A stretch of 63,844 bases of DNA, the filler included, from Corallochytrium limacisporum Hawaii (Eukaryota; Protista; Pluriformea), in the NCBI GenBank assembly GCA_002811645.1. It is 3 parts of 3 records of this genome, joined end to end, with 100 filler letters (N's around TTAATTAATTAA, not from the genome) between each part and the next. Parts side by side here need not be neighbours in the genome. Positions count along the whole stretch, not along the records: positions 1 to 16,988 come from PDIP01000005.1; 2 more parts are not named here. One strand, written 5' to 3'. Under the pieces are notes generated by a model. It was not told where the DNA came from. It saw only the letters and a list, made by a program, of their open reading frames with translations, and searched no databases. Position numbers and translations under genes: made by a program. Position 1 is the stretch's first letter, and each line of letters opens with the position of its first letter. Positions 1-11,300 of this stretch are shown in pieces.

Positions 1-198
1 TGGTTCAAGTCATGGTGGTAATAGATGCTCATATTTAATTTTTTTGTACGACTACGATGTGTTCAATGTCAAGCCAAAGTCAAAATAGTCCATTTTTGAG
101 AGTAGCAGGGACTCTTCGTTTGAATCAGCTATTGAAATATTTTTTTATGATTGTTAAAAAGAGCAAAATATAATGAAATAGAATACAATCAATATAAA

Positions 199-284
199 TT
201 ATTATACAATCAAGATTGAAAAAGATCCTCGGGAGTCAAGTTTTTCGGAGTTTTGACCCTGACATACCAGACAGAGGGTGGTAC
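199..284. mobile_element. Terminus of a dispersed repeat, probable DNA-transposon end (copy 1); the element likely extends through AT-rich 1-198 and beyond the window
   Basis: About 85 bp near-identical (2-3 differences) to 17089-17172 (attatacaatcaagatt...gatcctcgggagtcaagtttttcggagttttgaccct.acataccagacagagggtggtac). Similarity stops abruptly after GTAC. Confidence 0.6.
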
Positions 285-652
285 TCAAAACAAAATACTC
301 TGGAACCGTAGTGGAAACAGGGAGAACGACCGTTCAAAAAAAAAAGAGATAGAAGGACGAAAAGGGAGGGGGGAGGGATGTCCCTCCTTTGCTACTCCAC
401 CTGGGGTTTGTGTTTTATACGTAGGTCATACGGCATGTGAATGCCGGAGAAGTAGTGTGGGTGCGTTAATGATGCGAAAGAGGAGAAAGAACGGACGACG
501 GGGGTGGTGTGTGCCCAAGCCCGGCACAAAAAAAAACAGAAACAAAAAAAAAACAAGGGAGAAAGGAAAAAGTATTTGCAAATAAAGGGAAGAGATGGGG
601 GAGGAAGTAGAAGGACGAGAATGCCAAACACAATACTACACACCACAACTAC

Positions 653-898
653 CACACACACACACACACACACACACATACCCACTGAGAGAGACGGATG
701 GCAAAGCAAGCACACAATGAGAAAAGCCTTGGACGGTTGAAGGAGAGCCAGGAGGCAGGCAGGCAGAGAGAACGAGAGAGATAGAGAGAGAGAGACAGAG
801 AGAGACAGAGAGAGACAGGGAGAGAAAGCGGAGAGGAGGAAGTGGTGAGCAAGTGCCAGTGAAAGCAAATGTATATTACATACATATATATATATATA
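653..898. repeat. Microsatellite cluster: (CA)n ~653-678, (GA)n-rich ~765-825, (TA)n ~883-898
   Basis: Directly visible simple repeats. Confidence 0.9.
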
Positions 899-2997
899 GG
901 CGCAAAAAGAAGGTAGTACCGAGCACGCCGAGGAGCGCAGGGGTTGGCTGGGAAAAATGTACTGTATGACTATGGAAAACTATGACACACATATATTATG
1001 CGGGCGTATTGTGGGTTATAGGCCGGAAGTCCCACGTTTGGTTCTGACGAATACCTGGTTTCAGCTTCAACTGAACAAGTGTCATCATGCGTCGTAACTA
1101 ATGTACTAAGATGTTGTCTTATCTTTCGTGTGATGAAATAAATATAGACAAAGAAGAAGGAAACGATTTCATTCGTCCCCGACGTGTACCCAGTGGAAAC
1201 CAATAGAAAATGGCCTGCAGATGAAAAGCAGGGGGACAACGAAGAAATTGAAGAAAAAAAAGTGAACCTTTCGTGTGTGTGTGTGTGTGTGGTTTTTTTT
1301 GCGCTTTTATGGGCTCACACCCTGGGCAGCAGCGGTGGCTCGGGTTTTGCGTTTACTTTTTTTTTTGGCTTAGGCAACTCCCCCCCTCCCAGGGAGGGAG
1401 GGGAAAACTTAAGAATTTCAGGGTTGGAAAGCATGGATTTAGAAATTTTTGGGGGTACTCCGTTCAGTACTGAATGTAAGGGATTGCGCAGAAAAAATGA
1501 TGGTGGCCGACGGATTCGGAAAAGCGCGAAATATCCGGAAGTCTCTGTTTTTTTTGGGGGGGGGGGAGGTTGGGCAGGAGGAAGAGGGGGAGGAGGGGAG
1601 GGGGCGGTAGTGTTTGGCAGAATTCAAAATCACACCGAGCCCCAATGCACAGTTGGCGCACGGGCAAAGGTCCACGTAGTTAAAAGGGACCTAGGGAGGC
1701 GGTGAGGCGAGGGCGGCGGTTCGGTCCGGTCCAAAAAGTCCCCCCCCCTCCCCCCTTCAAAAATAAAAAATGGACGGTCGTGAGAAGAGCGCGTGCGTAA
1801 GGGAAGCGGAACGCCGCCACTTCACTCCCTACCTCCCGGGGTGGTGTGACAGTGTTACCACATTCTCAGGAGAAACATACGTATATTTTATATTAAATAT
1901 CATCTTGGGGTGATGGACGGGACGTATGCTTACGGTCTCGGTTGCCGAAGACGAGAACCGGGGTTGGTTTGTGCGTGTGTGCGGTGTTGGTCTTTCCCCG
2001 CAATGCGCGTGGGGGGTTCGCTACTCTTTTCGCTCGTTCGCCAGCTCTGTCTTCCTGTTTCTAACTTTTTTCCGGTTCTTTTTCTATGTCTCGCGGACAG
2101 TTGTACCGCGAGGGTCCCCCCTTTTTTTTTGTGTTCACGATCGAAGGGGCCGGGAGAGGGAGAGGGGGGGGGAGGGGAAGGGGAAGAAAGGCGGAGCGAG
2201 CGAGCGATGGGCCAACCGCCGCCGCATTCGCTGACGCTTCCGGGGCAGGAAAGGCTCCTGGTTGCCTGTAGGGACGGGTGGAATACAGAATTTGTATAGT
2301 AAAAGTACGGAAGAAGTTGGGGAAAAGATTCCGGAAGCTGGGCTTCCCATCGAAGATTTTTGGGGCCCTCGCTCGGCGATTCTTTATTTTTTTTTTTGGG
2401 AACACGGCCCAAGGTTGGGGTGAGAGCGACCGGGCCATGGTGGCTGCCGCGTCTGTGTAGTACCTGGCCCATAGCGCGGACTGTAAATTTTGCGCGTGTG
2501 TGAGTGTGTGCAAGCACTTAATTTGTACTTTCGTTGTTGGCCGCAAGAATGGCATCGTGCCGACGGTTCTTGTTTGTGTCCAAATTGGTGCTGGCGATGC
2601 GTATGTGTCCGTGTTGTAAACATGTTACGGACGGCAGTGGGTTTAGGGTTGGAAGTCGACAGTAGAGTACGTCAGGTGTGGTATTGCGTTTTGGGGGAAA
2701 AGGGCTTGTGCCGTATTGGCATTCAAAATAGTTTACACATATTGATCTAATGCACAGGTATTTGGAACAAACTCTTCGACTGTAAAGCTAGCGTATGACA
2801 TTCCAGGACCATCGTATTCAGCGACTAAAGCACGGACGAAGCAAAGGTAGTATCGCAGACGAGCAAGTGGTGAGTTCCGTTTGTATTGTATGAAGGAGAT
2901 CATCACGGTGGTGACTCTCCACTAGCGACGGGACGACCCATTGTAACATACACAGGATTTTCATGAACTCTTAAAGAATCAAAGACTCGGATAGATA

Positions 2998-4932
2998 ATG
3001 TATAACGAACTGGGGACAGCACCCCTGTTCAATCCCTTGGCAGTGCTCAAGGAGGACGGTACATTTTCAAGTGAGAACAGAGGAGAGGCCGATGGCTCTA
3101 AAAAACGCGGCCGTTGCTTCAATGATGTGATTGCAGAGTTTGTTGTGGCGGTTGAATCCTTCAATGCTGCCGTCGAAAGGGAAAATGAAACCAGGAAGCA
3201 ATATTCGTCGGCCATGTCGATAAGGAACAGTCAAGATCGGGCGTCGGACGCTTACAAGTATGCTTTTATGGACAACCAGGAGCAGAGCCAACCGCTGAGT
3301 CGCACAACATCCCTTAGCGACTACTCTAGCGAAGATGTGAAGAACCTGCCCGAAAACATGTCGACGGGATCCCGCCGTAGTAGCACGAGCAGCAACGTCG
3401 GTGCTCGCGTCCAACTTCCCGGTCCGGCCACTATGGCCCTGGAGATCCCCCCTGAGGAGATTGAAACAACCTCCCCACAGAAGCGCCTCTCCATCTTCAG
3501 CACGGGTACCTCCGATTCCAACGGATCCCTGCACCTTGTAGACGCTGCCATTGTGCACGAGAAGCAGCAGGCCCTAGCTAGGCTCCGCGAATTGGCCCCA
3601 GAGATTGCCGAAGAATTTGTGTTGAGCGAAGGAGGCCTCTTTGACCTCCATGAGTGGCTCGGCTTCCGCGGCGAAGCGTCCGAAGGCCGCCGCCTCGCAG
3701 CAACGCTGTGCATTGCTCAGTGCCCGCGCCATGCCACCCCGGGTGTCCGTGCCGCCCTACTAGACTTGGAACGGCGCAATGACTTTGGCTCCGAGACTGA
3801 AGAGATGATGCAGGCATCTTCCGCCCAGACCTCGTCCAAAACGAAATACTGCCCAGCGATCACGAAAGAACTAAAGGAGGCTGTACGTGAGGCACTGTAC
3901 CGCATCGATTTGCTTGATTGTGCCGCAGAAGAGGCCCTGGCAGCCAGTGCCCTGAACTCGGCACCGAATGATGATATCATGGCCGATGCATTTCACCGCA
4001 AGGCCCTGCAGAATACAGGTTTGCAGCACCATCACCATGGTGGCCGCGGATCCCACCACAACCACCATCAAGTGGTTGTGCTTGCTTCCACATCACGGCA
4101 TCACCACCACCACCACCACCACCGTCCGGGTGGCGCCAACCGCCGCAGCGTCAGCGGTGCTCCCGGAAGGCGCAGCCATCGCCGGACACGCTCCCTGGAC
4201 ATTGAGCATATGGACACATCCGTGCTGTGCAAGGCGGCACAGGAAAATGTCATCAATGTCGCGCAGAGCAGTGTCGGATTGTTCAATGCTCACGCAAGCG
4301 ACCTGTGCTCCACCACGGACAGTCCGGATTTGAATAGACGGAATGTGGCTGTTCATCCGCTGTCGGCCAACAATCAGGTCCCTGCTGATCTCATTGCCAT
4401 GATTGACGCTGTGGGAGAGCACGATCCGAAGGCTTTGGCCAGCGGTGCGACCGGCGACGCGGTCGCCAGCGACGACAGCAGTAATAGTGCCCCGGCCAGC
4501 GATGCTGAAGAGGAGGGCAAGGTACAAAAGAAGAAACGCTCCGTAGCAAGCCATCTGCAGGCCAGCGTTCGGTCCCTCGTGCCATTCCTTGAACGACTTG
4601 GACTGTTCAAGCTGTTTACGCCGTCTGAGTGGCTCCGTGAGGACGGTCGTGGTGAAGGCCGCCGCCTGGTGGCCATCAACTACCTGCTCATGTACCCGAA
4701 CGCCCTGACCCCGGCATTGATGAACAAATTGACACAGATCCGAGAGACATGTTCCCCCTTCCTGGGCCATTTGATTGGTGCCTTATTTAAGAAGACGGGT
4801 GTGAGGACGTCACCAACGGCTCCACAGCGCGGCGGTTGCGGCGATCACGTCGACGACAACACGAACACAGCACTTCTACCCAACACACACGGTGCTGGTG
4901 TAGTAGATAGTAACCAACTCCACAGGCATTAG
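2998..4932 (+). CDS. Uncharacterised 644-aa protein with a duplicated ~70-aa domain (LFxxxEWL...EGRRL..P..TP) and a His-rich tract
   Basis: Long ATG-initiated ORF with coding-like composition. Internal repeat at ~3580-3780 and ~4560-4760; poly-His at ~4027-4122. Confidence 0.8.
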   Translation: MYNELGTAPLFNPLAVLKEDGTFSSENRGEADGSKKRGRCFNDVIAEFVVAVESFNAAVERENETRKQYSSAMSIRNSQDRASDAYKYAFMDNQEQSQPLSRTTSLSDYSSEDVKNLPENMSTGSRRSSTSSNVGARVQLPGPATMALEIPPEEIETTSPQKRLSIFSTGTSDSNGSLHLVDAAIVHEKQQALARLRELAPEIAEEFVLSEGGLFDLHEWLGFRGEASEGRRLAATLCIAQCPRHATPGVRAALLDLERRNDFGSETEEMMQASSAQTSSKTKYCPAITKELKEAVREALYRIDLLDCAAEEALAASALNSAPNDDIMADAFHRKALQNTGLQHHHHGGRGSHHNHHQVVVLASTSRHHHHHHHHRPGGANRRSVSGAPGRRSHRRTRSLDIEHMDTSVLCKAAQENVINVAQSSVGLFNAHASDLCSTTDSPDLNRRNVAVHPLSANNQVPADLIAMIDAVGEHDPKALASGATGDAVASDDSSNSAPASDAEEEGKVQKKKRSVASHLQASVRSLVPFLERLGLFKLFTPSEWLREDGRGEGRRLVAINYLLMYPNALTPALMNKLTQIRETCSPFLGHLIGALFKKTGVRTSPTAPQRGGCGDHVDDNTNTALLPNTHGAGVVDSNQLHRH

Positions 4933-5308
4933 GCGGCGGAGACCGCCGGCAGATCAGCAACATTTAGGTTTAATGTAACATTCAGATCATGGGCTTGGCA
5001 CGACTTGTAAAACTAAGACTTTTCTTAGCAATTTGGTGAGAAATGTTGAACTAGAAACAGAACTATGGCAAAGCGGTCCATTTTGATTTGGAGATCATTA
5101 GATTTTGTAGTTTATTTCAAGTAACAATTCGTTGTTTTATGCAAACATGGAAAAGTAAGAATGGTTTTTTGGTTTGCGACTTTTTCGTTCGGTTTTGTTT
5201 GTTGTGAAGATGGGTTTGAAAATGAAAAGAATGAAAAATGAAGATGAAAATGATCATGTGTTTTGGTTCGACAGTGGGCAAACCGGCGGACAATTGGACT
5301 CTTTTTGC

Positions 5309-8300
5309 CTACAGATTGTCCACAAGGCGGCTCAGGGCAGCCTGTTCATTGCCAGACGAATCGCCGGCATCACCGCCACCGTCGCCCATGCCACCGAGGC
5401 CGCCGCCGCCGAGGCCTCCAAGGCCTCCGAGACCGCCGCCGCCGGCAGCTCCCGCACCGCCAATGCCTCCTGCACCAGCACCAACGCCACCCGCACCGCC
5501 AATGCCGCCGAGTTGTGCTGCGGCGCGTTGTTGCTGCAGCGCCTGCTGCTGTAGCAGCTGCTGCTGGCGCTGCATTTGTTGCTTAAAGCGCATGATGAGC
5601 TGCTGGAAGTGCTGGGGATGCTGTTGCTGCACTCGCATGAGCAGCTGGCGCTGCTGTTGTGGATTCACCGGGCGTTGGGGTAGCTGCAGTAAGTTGCAGG
5701 CGCCATTGGCCAGAATCTCAATTTCCTTGTCTCCTAAATTGGCCAGGACGTTGCCCGCGCCAGCAGCGGCTGCAGGAGCACCGGCGCCGCCAAAGCCAGG
5801 ACCACCAGCTCCAACAGCAGCTGCGGCGCCTACTCCTCCAAAGCCTGCAACACCGGCACCGGCCGCACCCGGTCCGGCAGCCACAGCGGCACCTGCGGCA
5901 CCTGCGGCACCACCACCACCACCAGCTTGCTGCTGACGAATGATGAATTGCTTGAGCATGGCAGCCGTTTGCTTGTACTCATCGGCCTTTACCTGACGCT
6001 GCTGTTGGAAGCGTAGAATCTCATGCTGGAACTCGTCACGCTTGTCCTGCAACTTTTGTCGGGTTTCCGCATTCTCCTCCGTCTCCAGTTGTTTCTCGAT
6101 CCGCTCCTTGAGACCGAGCAACACCTGCAAATGGGAGTCAATCTTGCGAATGAGCTGTTCAATGCCAGTCAATTTTTGCTTGGCCTGAAGAACAACCTGT
6201 TGTGCCTGCTGCGGAAGATTCGCCAAAGCACCACTCAGACCACCGGCGGCACCGGCACCGGCCGCCCCGCCCGGAGCGGCGGCAGCCGCAGCTGCTGCTG
6301 CGCCGGGGTTGGCCCGTGACATACCGGCTGCTGCTTGGGCAGCTTGGGTGGCACTCATCTGCGCGGCCTGCTGCTGGTGCAACATGCCCGCGGCACCAAC
6401 GGCTCCAGCCGCCGCTGCCGCCGCACTGGACGCAGCAGACTGTCCAGCCGGAGTGGCCACGGCGCCGCGTTGTAGTGCCGATGGATCAGGCGTGTGCGAG
6501 GCGGACGAGACAGTGGCGCTGGGAGCAGAGGACACAGTAGGATTAACCATGCCACCATTGGCAATACGGCTCTGCATTGCGGCACGACGTGCCTCCATGC
6601 GACGCTGGGCAGCATTCTGGCTCTGCTGGCGACGCATTTGTTCACGTGTGGCCAGACAGAATGGTACAGGACAGCGCGGCGCATTGCAGGTCTTGCGATG
6701 GTGGGCGATGAGGAACATGATCTGCTTACAAATGTCACACTGCTTGCGCTTTGTGCACTTGCGGACGTGCTCCAGGTACTGTTTCATCTTCGCACAGCCT
6801 TGTTTATCGCACTTGGCTTCGTTGCAGTAGCAAGCGTGTTCCAGGTACTGTACCAGGCGACGAATACCGTCCGGGCTCGAATTCTTCTTTGAGTCACCGG
6901 CGGCCTTCTCTTCCTCGCCTCCCATTGCCAAGGAACTCTCCTCGAGCTTGTGGGGATGCTTGGTGGTCTGTTTGCACTTGTCACACAGATCAAAGTCCTC
7001 ACAGCTGGCACAGTGCCAGCGCTTCATACCCGGATTAATGGTCGAGCCACAGTCGTTGCACGTGTAGTTGAAACCTGCATCCGCACTCACGTCCGCGTGG
7101 TGCAGATGGTAGGTGAACATCTTGGTACTGTACTTCGTCCGGCGGAGATCACGGAATTCGTAGTGGTTCGTGCGGGCGAGGTCCAGGAAGCCTTCGCGAC
7201 CGTCCATTATGTCCGTGGGAGGAATCTTGTTGTCCGGGTCCCTGATTGGGGGCATCTTGTTCATGTCAAGTTTCAGGAAGTTATTTTGCAGGCGGACCAC
7301 AAAGAAGGCGTCCTTATTCTTCTCAAGCATCGGATAGATCTTGTCACAGAGCTCAGAGTTCTGACGCTGCAGCCCCATCTTAGAGGCGCCGCCACGCTTG
7401 CCTCCGGCCTTCGAGCCCTTCTTGTTGCCACCCTTTTTGTTGCCGCCCTTTTTGGAGCCCTTGGCACCCTTCTTTTTGCCCCCGCTTGTCGTTTTCTTGG
7501 CCTCTTCCTCGAGTGCATTAATGTGGTCATCAAAGACATTTGGCCAGTAGTCGCCCTCAAAGTAAGGGATCTGTTTAACAGATGTGACACCTTCCTGATC
7601 ACAGGCCGTTGCCAGGTCCAGATATTCAGGCACCACACCCCGCTGCACAGCCTTGTCCAGCATCTTCTTGTACCAGTCACTCAGACGCTTTGGCTTGGGT
7701 GTCTTCTGCTCCTCAGGATGGCAGTAGAACATATAGTCATCGCCGGGAGACGGAGGACAGGCCCAAATGTGGGCCGCGACATATCCCAATTTCTTGCTCC
7801 ATTCCATATAGGCGATCAGAATCTCGTGGTAAATGTCGGTACGCTGGTGGCGGGGGTTAAAGAAGTGGACAGAATCCAAGTAGGCGATGTAGATGCGACG
7901 GCGATTTGGCGCTGGGCAGTTGTCTCCGTATTCCTGCACGTGCATACCAAAGAAACAGACTTCCACACCATCCTGTTCCTGGAACACAAATAGTGCCTTG
8001 TGGCGGAATGGCAGCTCCTTGGCCACACCTTCGTCGTCCTTGTAGCGATCCTTCATCTTAGGCTTCAGCTCCAGGGTCTTGTCGCGGACATGAATCATGC
8101 GCACGTGGACCTTACCGGCATCTGGGATGCTCTTGAGCTTCTCAGCCACACGGTTTTCGATGAAGTCACCCAGTTTGCTGCGCGGCAGCGACTGTGCAGT
8201 AAACTTGTTGACGTGCTTCTCCTTGAGCTTCTCGCGACAGGTGGTACAGACGAATTCCTTCTCCACCAAGCGGTTGTACAGAACGCACACTTCGTGCAGA

Positions 8301-11300
8301 GTGCGACCACAGCTGTCGCACTCCACCCAGGGCTCGGGGTCCAGATGGTCGTTCTTCTTACGCTCAAAGCGTGTACGGGGGATCGGAGCGGGCTCACCCT
8401 CCACCGTAATCTCAGCCTCACCGGGCTTCTCTTCCCAGCACTTCATGCAGAAATTGATGCGATCGCAGGCGTAGTACTCCTTGTCCCTGGGAATAATGCC
8501 ATAGCATGGACCACTGCAGAAGATTGGGGTCGGGCTGAAGTAGAGCTGCTTTCCGCTACAGCAGTATCCCAGCTTGAGCATAATGTGCTCGATGTTCTCC
8601 TCAAAGAACTTTGACAGGCGAGTGCACATTTTGTAGACCTGGGACGCCTTCTTGTTATACGTCCAAGCATTCTGGAAGACCAGACGTACATCGGCACAGT
8701 ACTGAAGGGGGTCCTTGTACTCCAGGTTCTTCAGGCGAGTCTCAATGGTACCAAAGTCCATAGGGTTCTTGATGATGTCAAAGTAATCAGGAACACCCTC
8801 TCGCACAGGGTCGACGGGCTGATTGAACAAAGGAGCATCTTCGTTGCCCATCATCTGCTTGTGCAAAGTCATGAGCGTATCAGACAGCTCCTTGGGCGTG
8901 AAGGGTTCGATTTTCTTGCGCTTGGGCTTCTCTTCCTCCTTGGGCTTTTCATCTTCCTTCTTTACAGCCTTATCCTCCGGCTTGGCACCTGGTTCTTCCT
9001 TCACCTTGGGCACGTCCTTGGCCTGCTCGGCCTTTTTCTGGCGACCGGCGGCGGCAGCAGCTGCGGCTGCTGCGTCTGCGGAGGCACTTCCGCTGTGCAG
9101 ACTGGAAGCAAAGTTAGCGCTACCACCGCTGAGGTTGCCCGCGTTCGCACCGGGCAATGTGCCAGCCTTACGAGCCTGGTCAATCTGGTGCAAGTGCTGC
9201 TCCAGCTGTCCACGGAACCGCTCCAAACGCTGGTATTCCATAGCGCGCTTCTGCAAATGCTGCTGCAGTTTCTGCTGAGCCTCGGCATCGTTGGCACGGG
9301 GACTCGCCTTGAACTGATCACGCAGCTTCTCGCATTCGGCCTTGATACCAGCCAGGTGCTTCTGTAGGTTCACGGCTTGCTGCACAAGCTGTTGGAATGC
9401 CTCTGCCGAACCCTTCTGAGCCTGCTGGAGTAAATCGTACATGCGCTGTTGGAAGTTTGGTTGTCCACCGGGGGGTGGCGCGGCACCGGGCATCGCACCC
9501 GGACCACTGCCCGGAGCACCACTGGCACTCTGGCGCGCAGCCATGGCGGCTGCCTGGGCGGCCGCGGTGGCCGGATCCGCGACGGCACCCATCTGCTGCT
9601 GCTGCAACAGTTGCTGCTGCTGCAGGGCACGCTGGGCTTGGAGCTGGCGCAGGCGCGCCTGTTGTTCACTGTTCAGGTTGCGCATGTTGCTCTGCATACC
9701 CATTGCGCCCAGACCACCAGAGGCACGCATATCTTGTTGCTGCTTCATCAACAACTGCTCCTGCTTCCGCTTCAATTGCTCGTGGAGTAAGTTGCCAGCG
9801 GGACCACCTCGATTGAGACCGCCTCCCATTGCCTGCTGCTGGGCGAGGTTTTTCTTGATTGTGTAGATCTTCTCAGCCAGCTTGCGGTAGTACATATCCT
9901 GGGTGTCAGCCTGTTCAAACACCTTGTTCTCGTAGTCGCGCGCGGCCATCATAATCTGTTCAGCACTGGCGTCCGGCTTCGTCATCTGTAGGGCCTGGAA
10001 GAGAGTTTGCACTAACTTCTGACGCTTCGACGTGTCCACACGGTGATTCGCACGCCAGTCGCCAGCGGCACCGAGACCTGCGCGCATGCCCAGACCACCG
10101 TTCGGGGCTCCACCCGCGGCTCCGAGGCCTGCCAGACCACCGGGGCGTGCCCCACCAGGGGCTCCGGGTGCCTGGCGGCCCAGCGCACCGAGTCCTCCTG
10201 TCGCACCGGGGGAAGCGCCTTGCGATCCAAAGCTCGGAGAGCCCAGACCACCGACACCCGGGGGCTTGTTGGCGGCAGCAGCAGCAGCAGCACGCTGATG
10301 CTGCAGGGCAGCCGCACTGGCAGCGTGTGCCTGCTGGCGCTTCAGAGGACCGCAAATATTGCAATCCACACCCTTGCAGCGCTTGTAATGTTGTAGGATA
10401 CTCCGGCTTGACGCACAGTGGGGCTCATTGCAGCGATCTCCTTCTTTGCAATTCGCCAGATGTTGCACGACACGCTTCATAGTTGAGCAGTGCGGTACCT
10501 CACAACGTGGCTTTTGGCACTTGTTGGCATGAATCAGCAAGAGCAGCTGCTGCTGAATAATCTTTCGCTTGTGCGCCTGCTGGGCTGCTTCCGCCGGTGG
10601 CGGCTGGCCAGGTGCAGCACCAGGAGTACCTGCGGGGGGACCAGGAGTACCAGCACCGGGAGTGCCAACAACACCAGGAGTGCCTACTACACCGGGAGTG
10701 CCAACGGGAGCACCAGAACCTGAAGTCGCCGACAGGGCGGGGGACCGCTGGCCGAGGGCTCCGAGACCACCGCCAGTAGATGCACCGGCAGGTGCTGCGG
10801 CACCGGGAGTGCCTGCACTACCCGGTCGGGAAGCCACAGCAGCGGCGGCAGCTGCAGCGGCAGCAGCAGCACTGTCAGCCATGGCCGGAGATCCCACTGA
10901 GGCTGCCGGGGAACCAGCGGTCGCTCCAACAGCCTCCTTGCGCTTCAGTTCTTCCATCTTGCGCTCAATTTGAACAAGATTACTTTGGGCCGTGTCATAA
11001 CTCTGCTTCAGTTTGAGCATCTGTTGTTGCAACTGGCGGAACGCGTTGGGGTCAGCCTGCGCTTTTGCCTGCATTGCCAGCGAGTGCTTCCTAAAGTTCT
11101 CAATCTGCTGGATCTGCTGTTTGATACGCGTGTGCGCTTGACGCAGTGCATCCATTGTGATCTGTTGCCGGGGTCCGGATTGGCCGGGCTTCTGTTGCTG
11201 TCCGGATAGGGAAGCACGACGCCCAGCCGCCGCCTGCTGCTGCTGTTGTTGCTGCAGCAGTTTGGCCTGCATAATGCTGCCCGGACTATCCGCAGCACCG

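Noticed and set aside
253-2750. ORFs of 60-195 aa in the microsatellite and homopolymer region (and similar ones in 13500-16990, 41070-41970, 45070-45980)
   Set aside because: Translations are driven by simple repeats and homopolymers and lack coding character.
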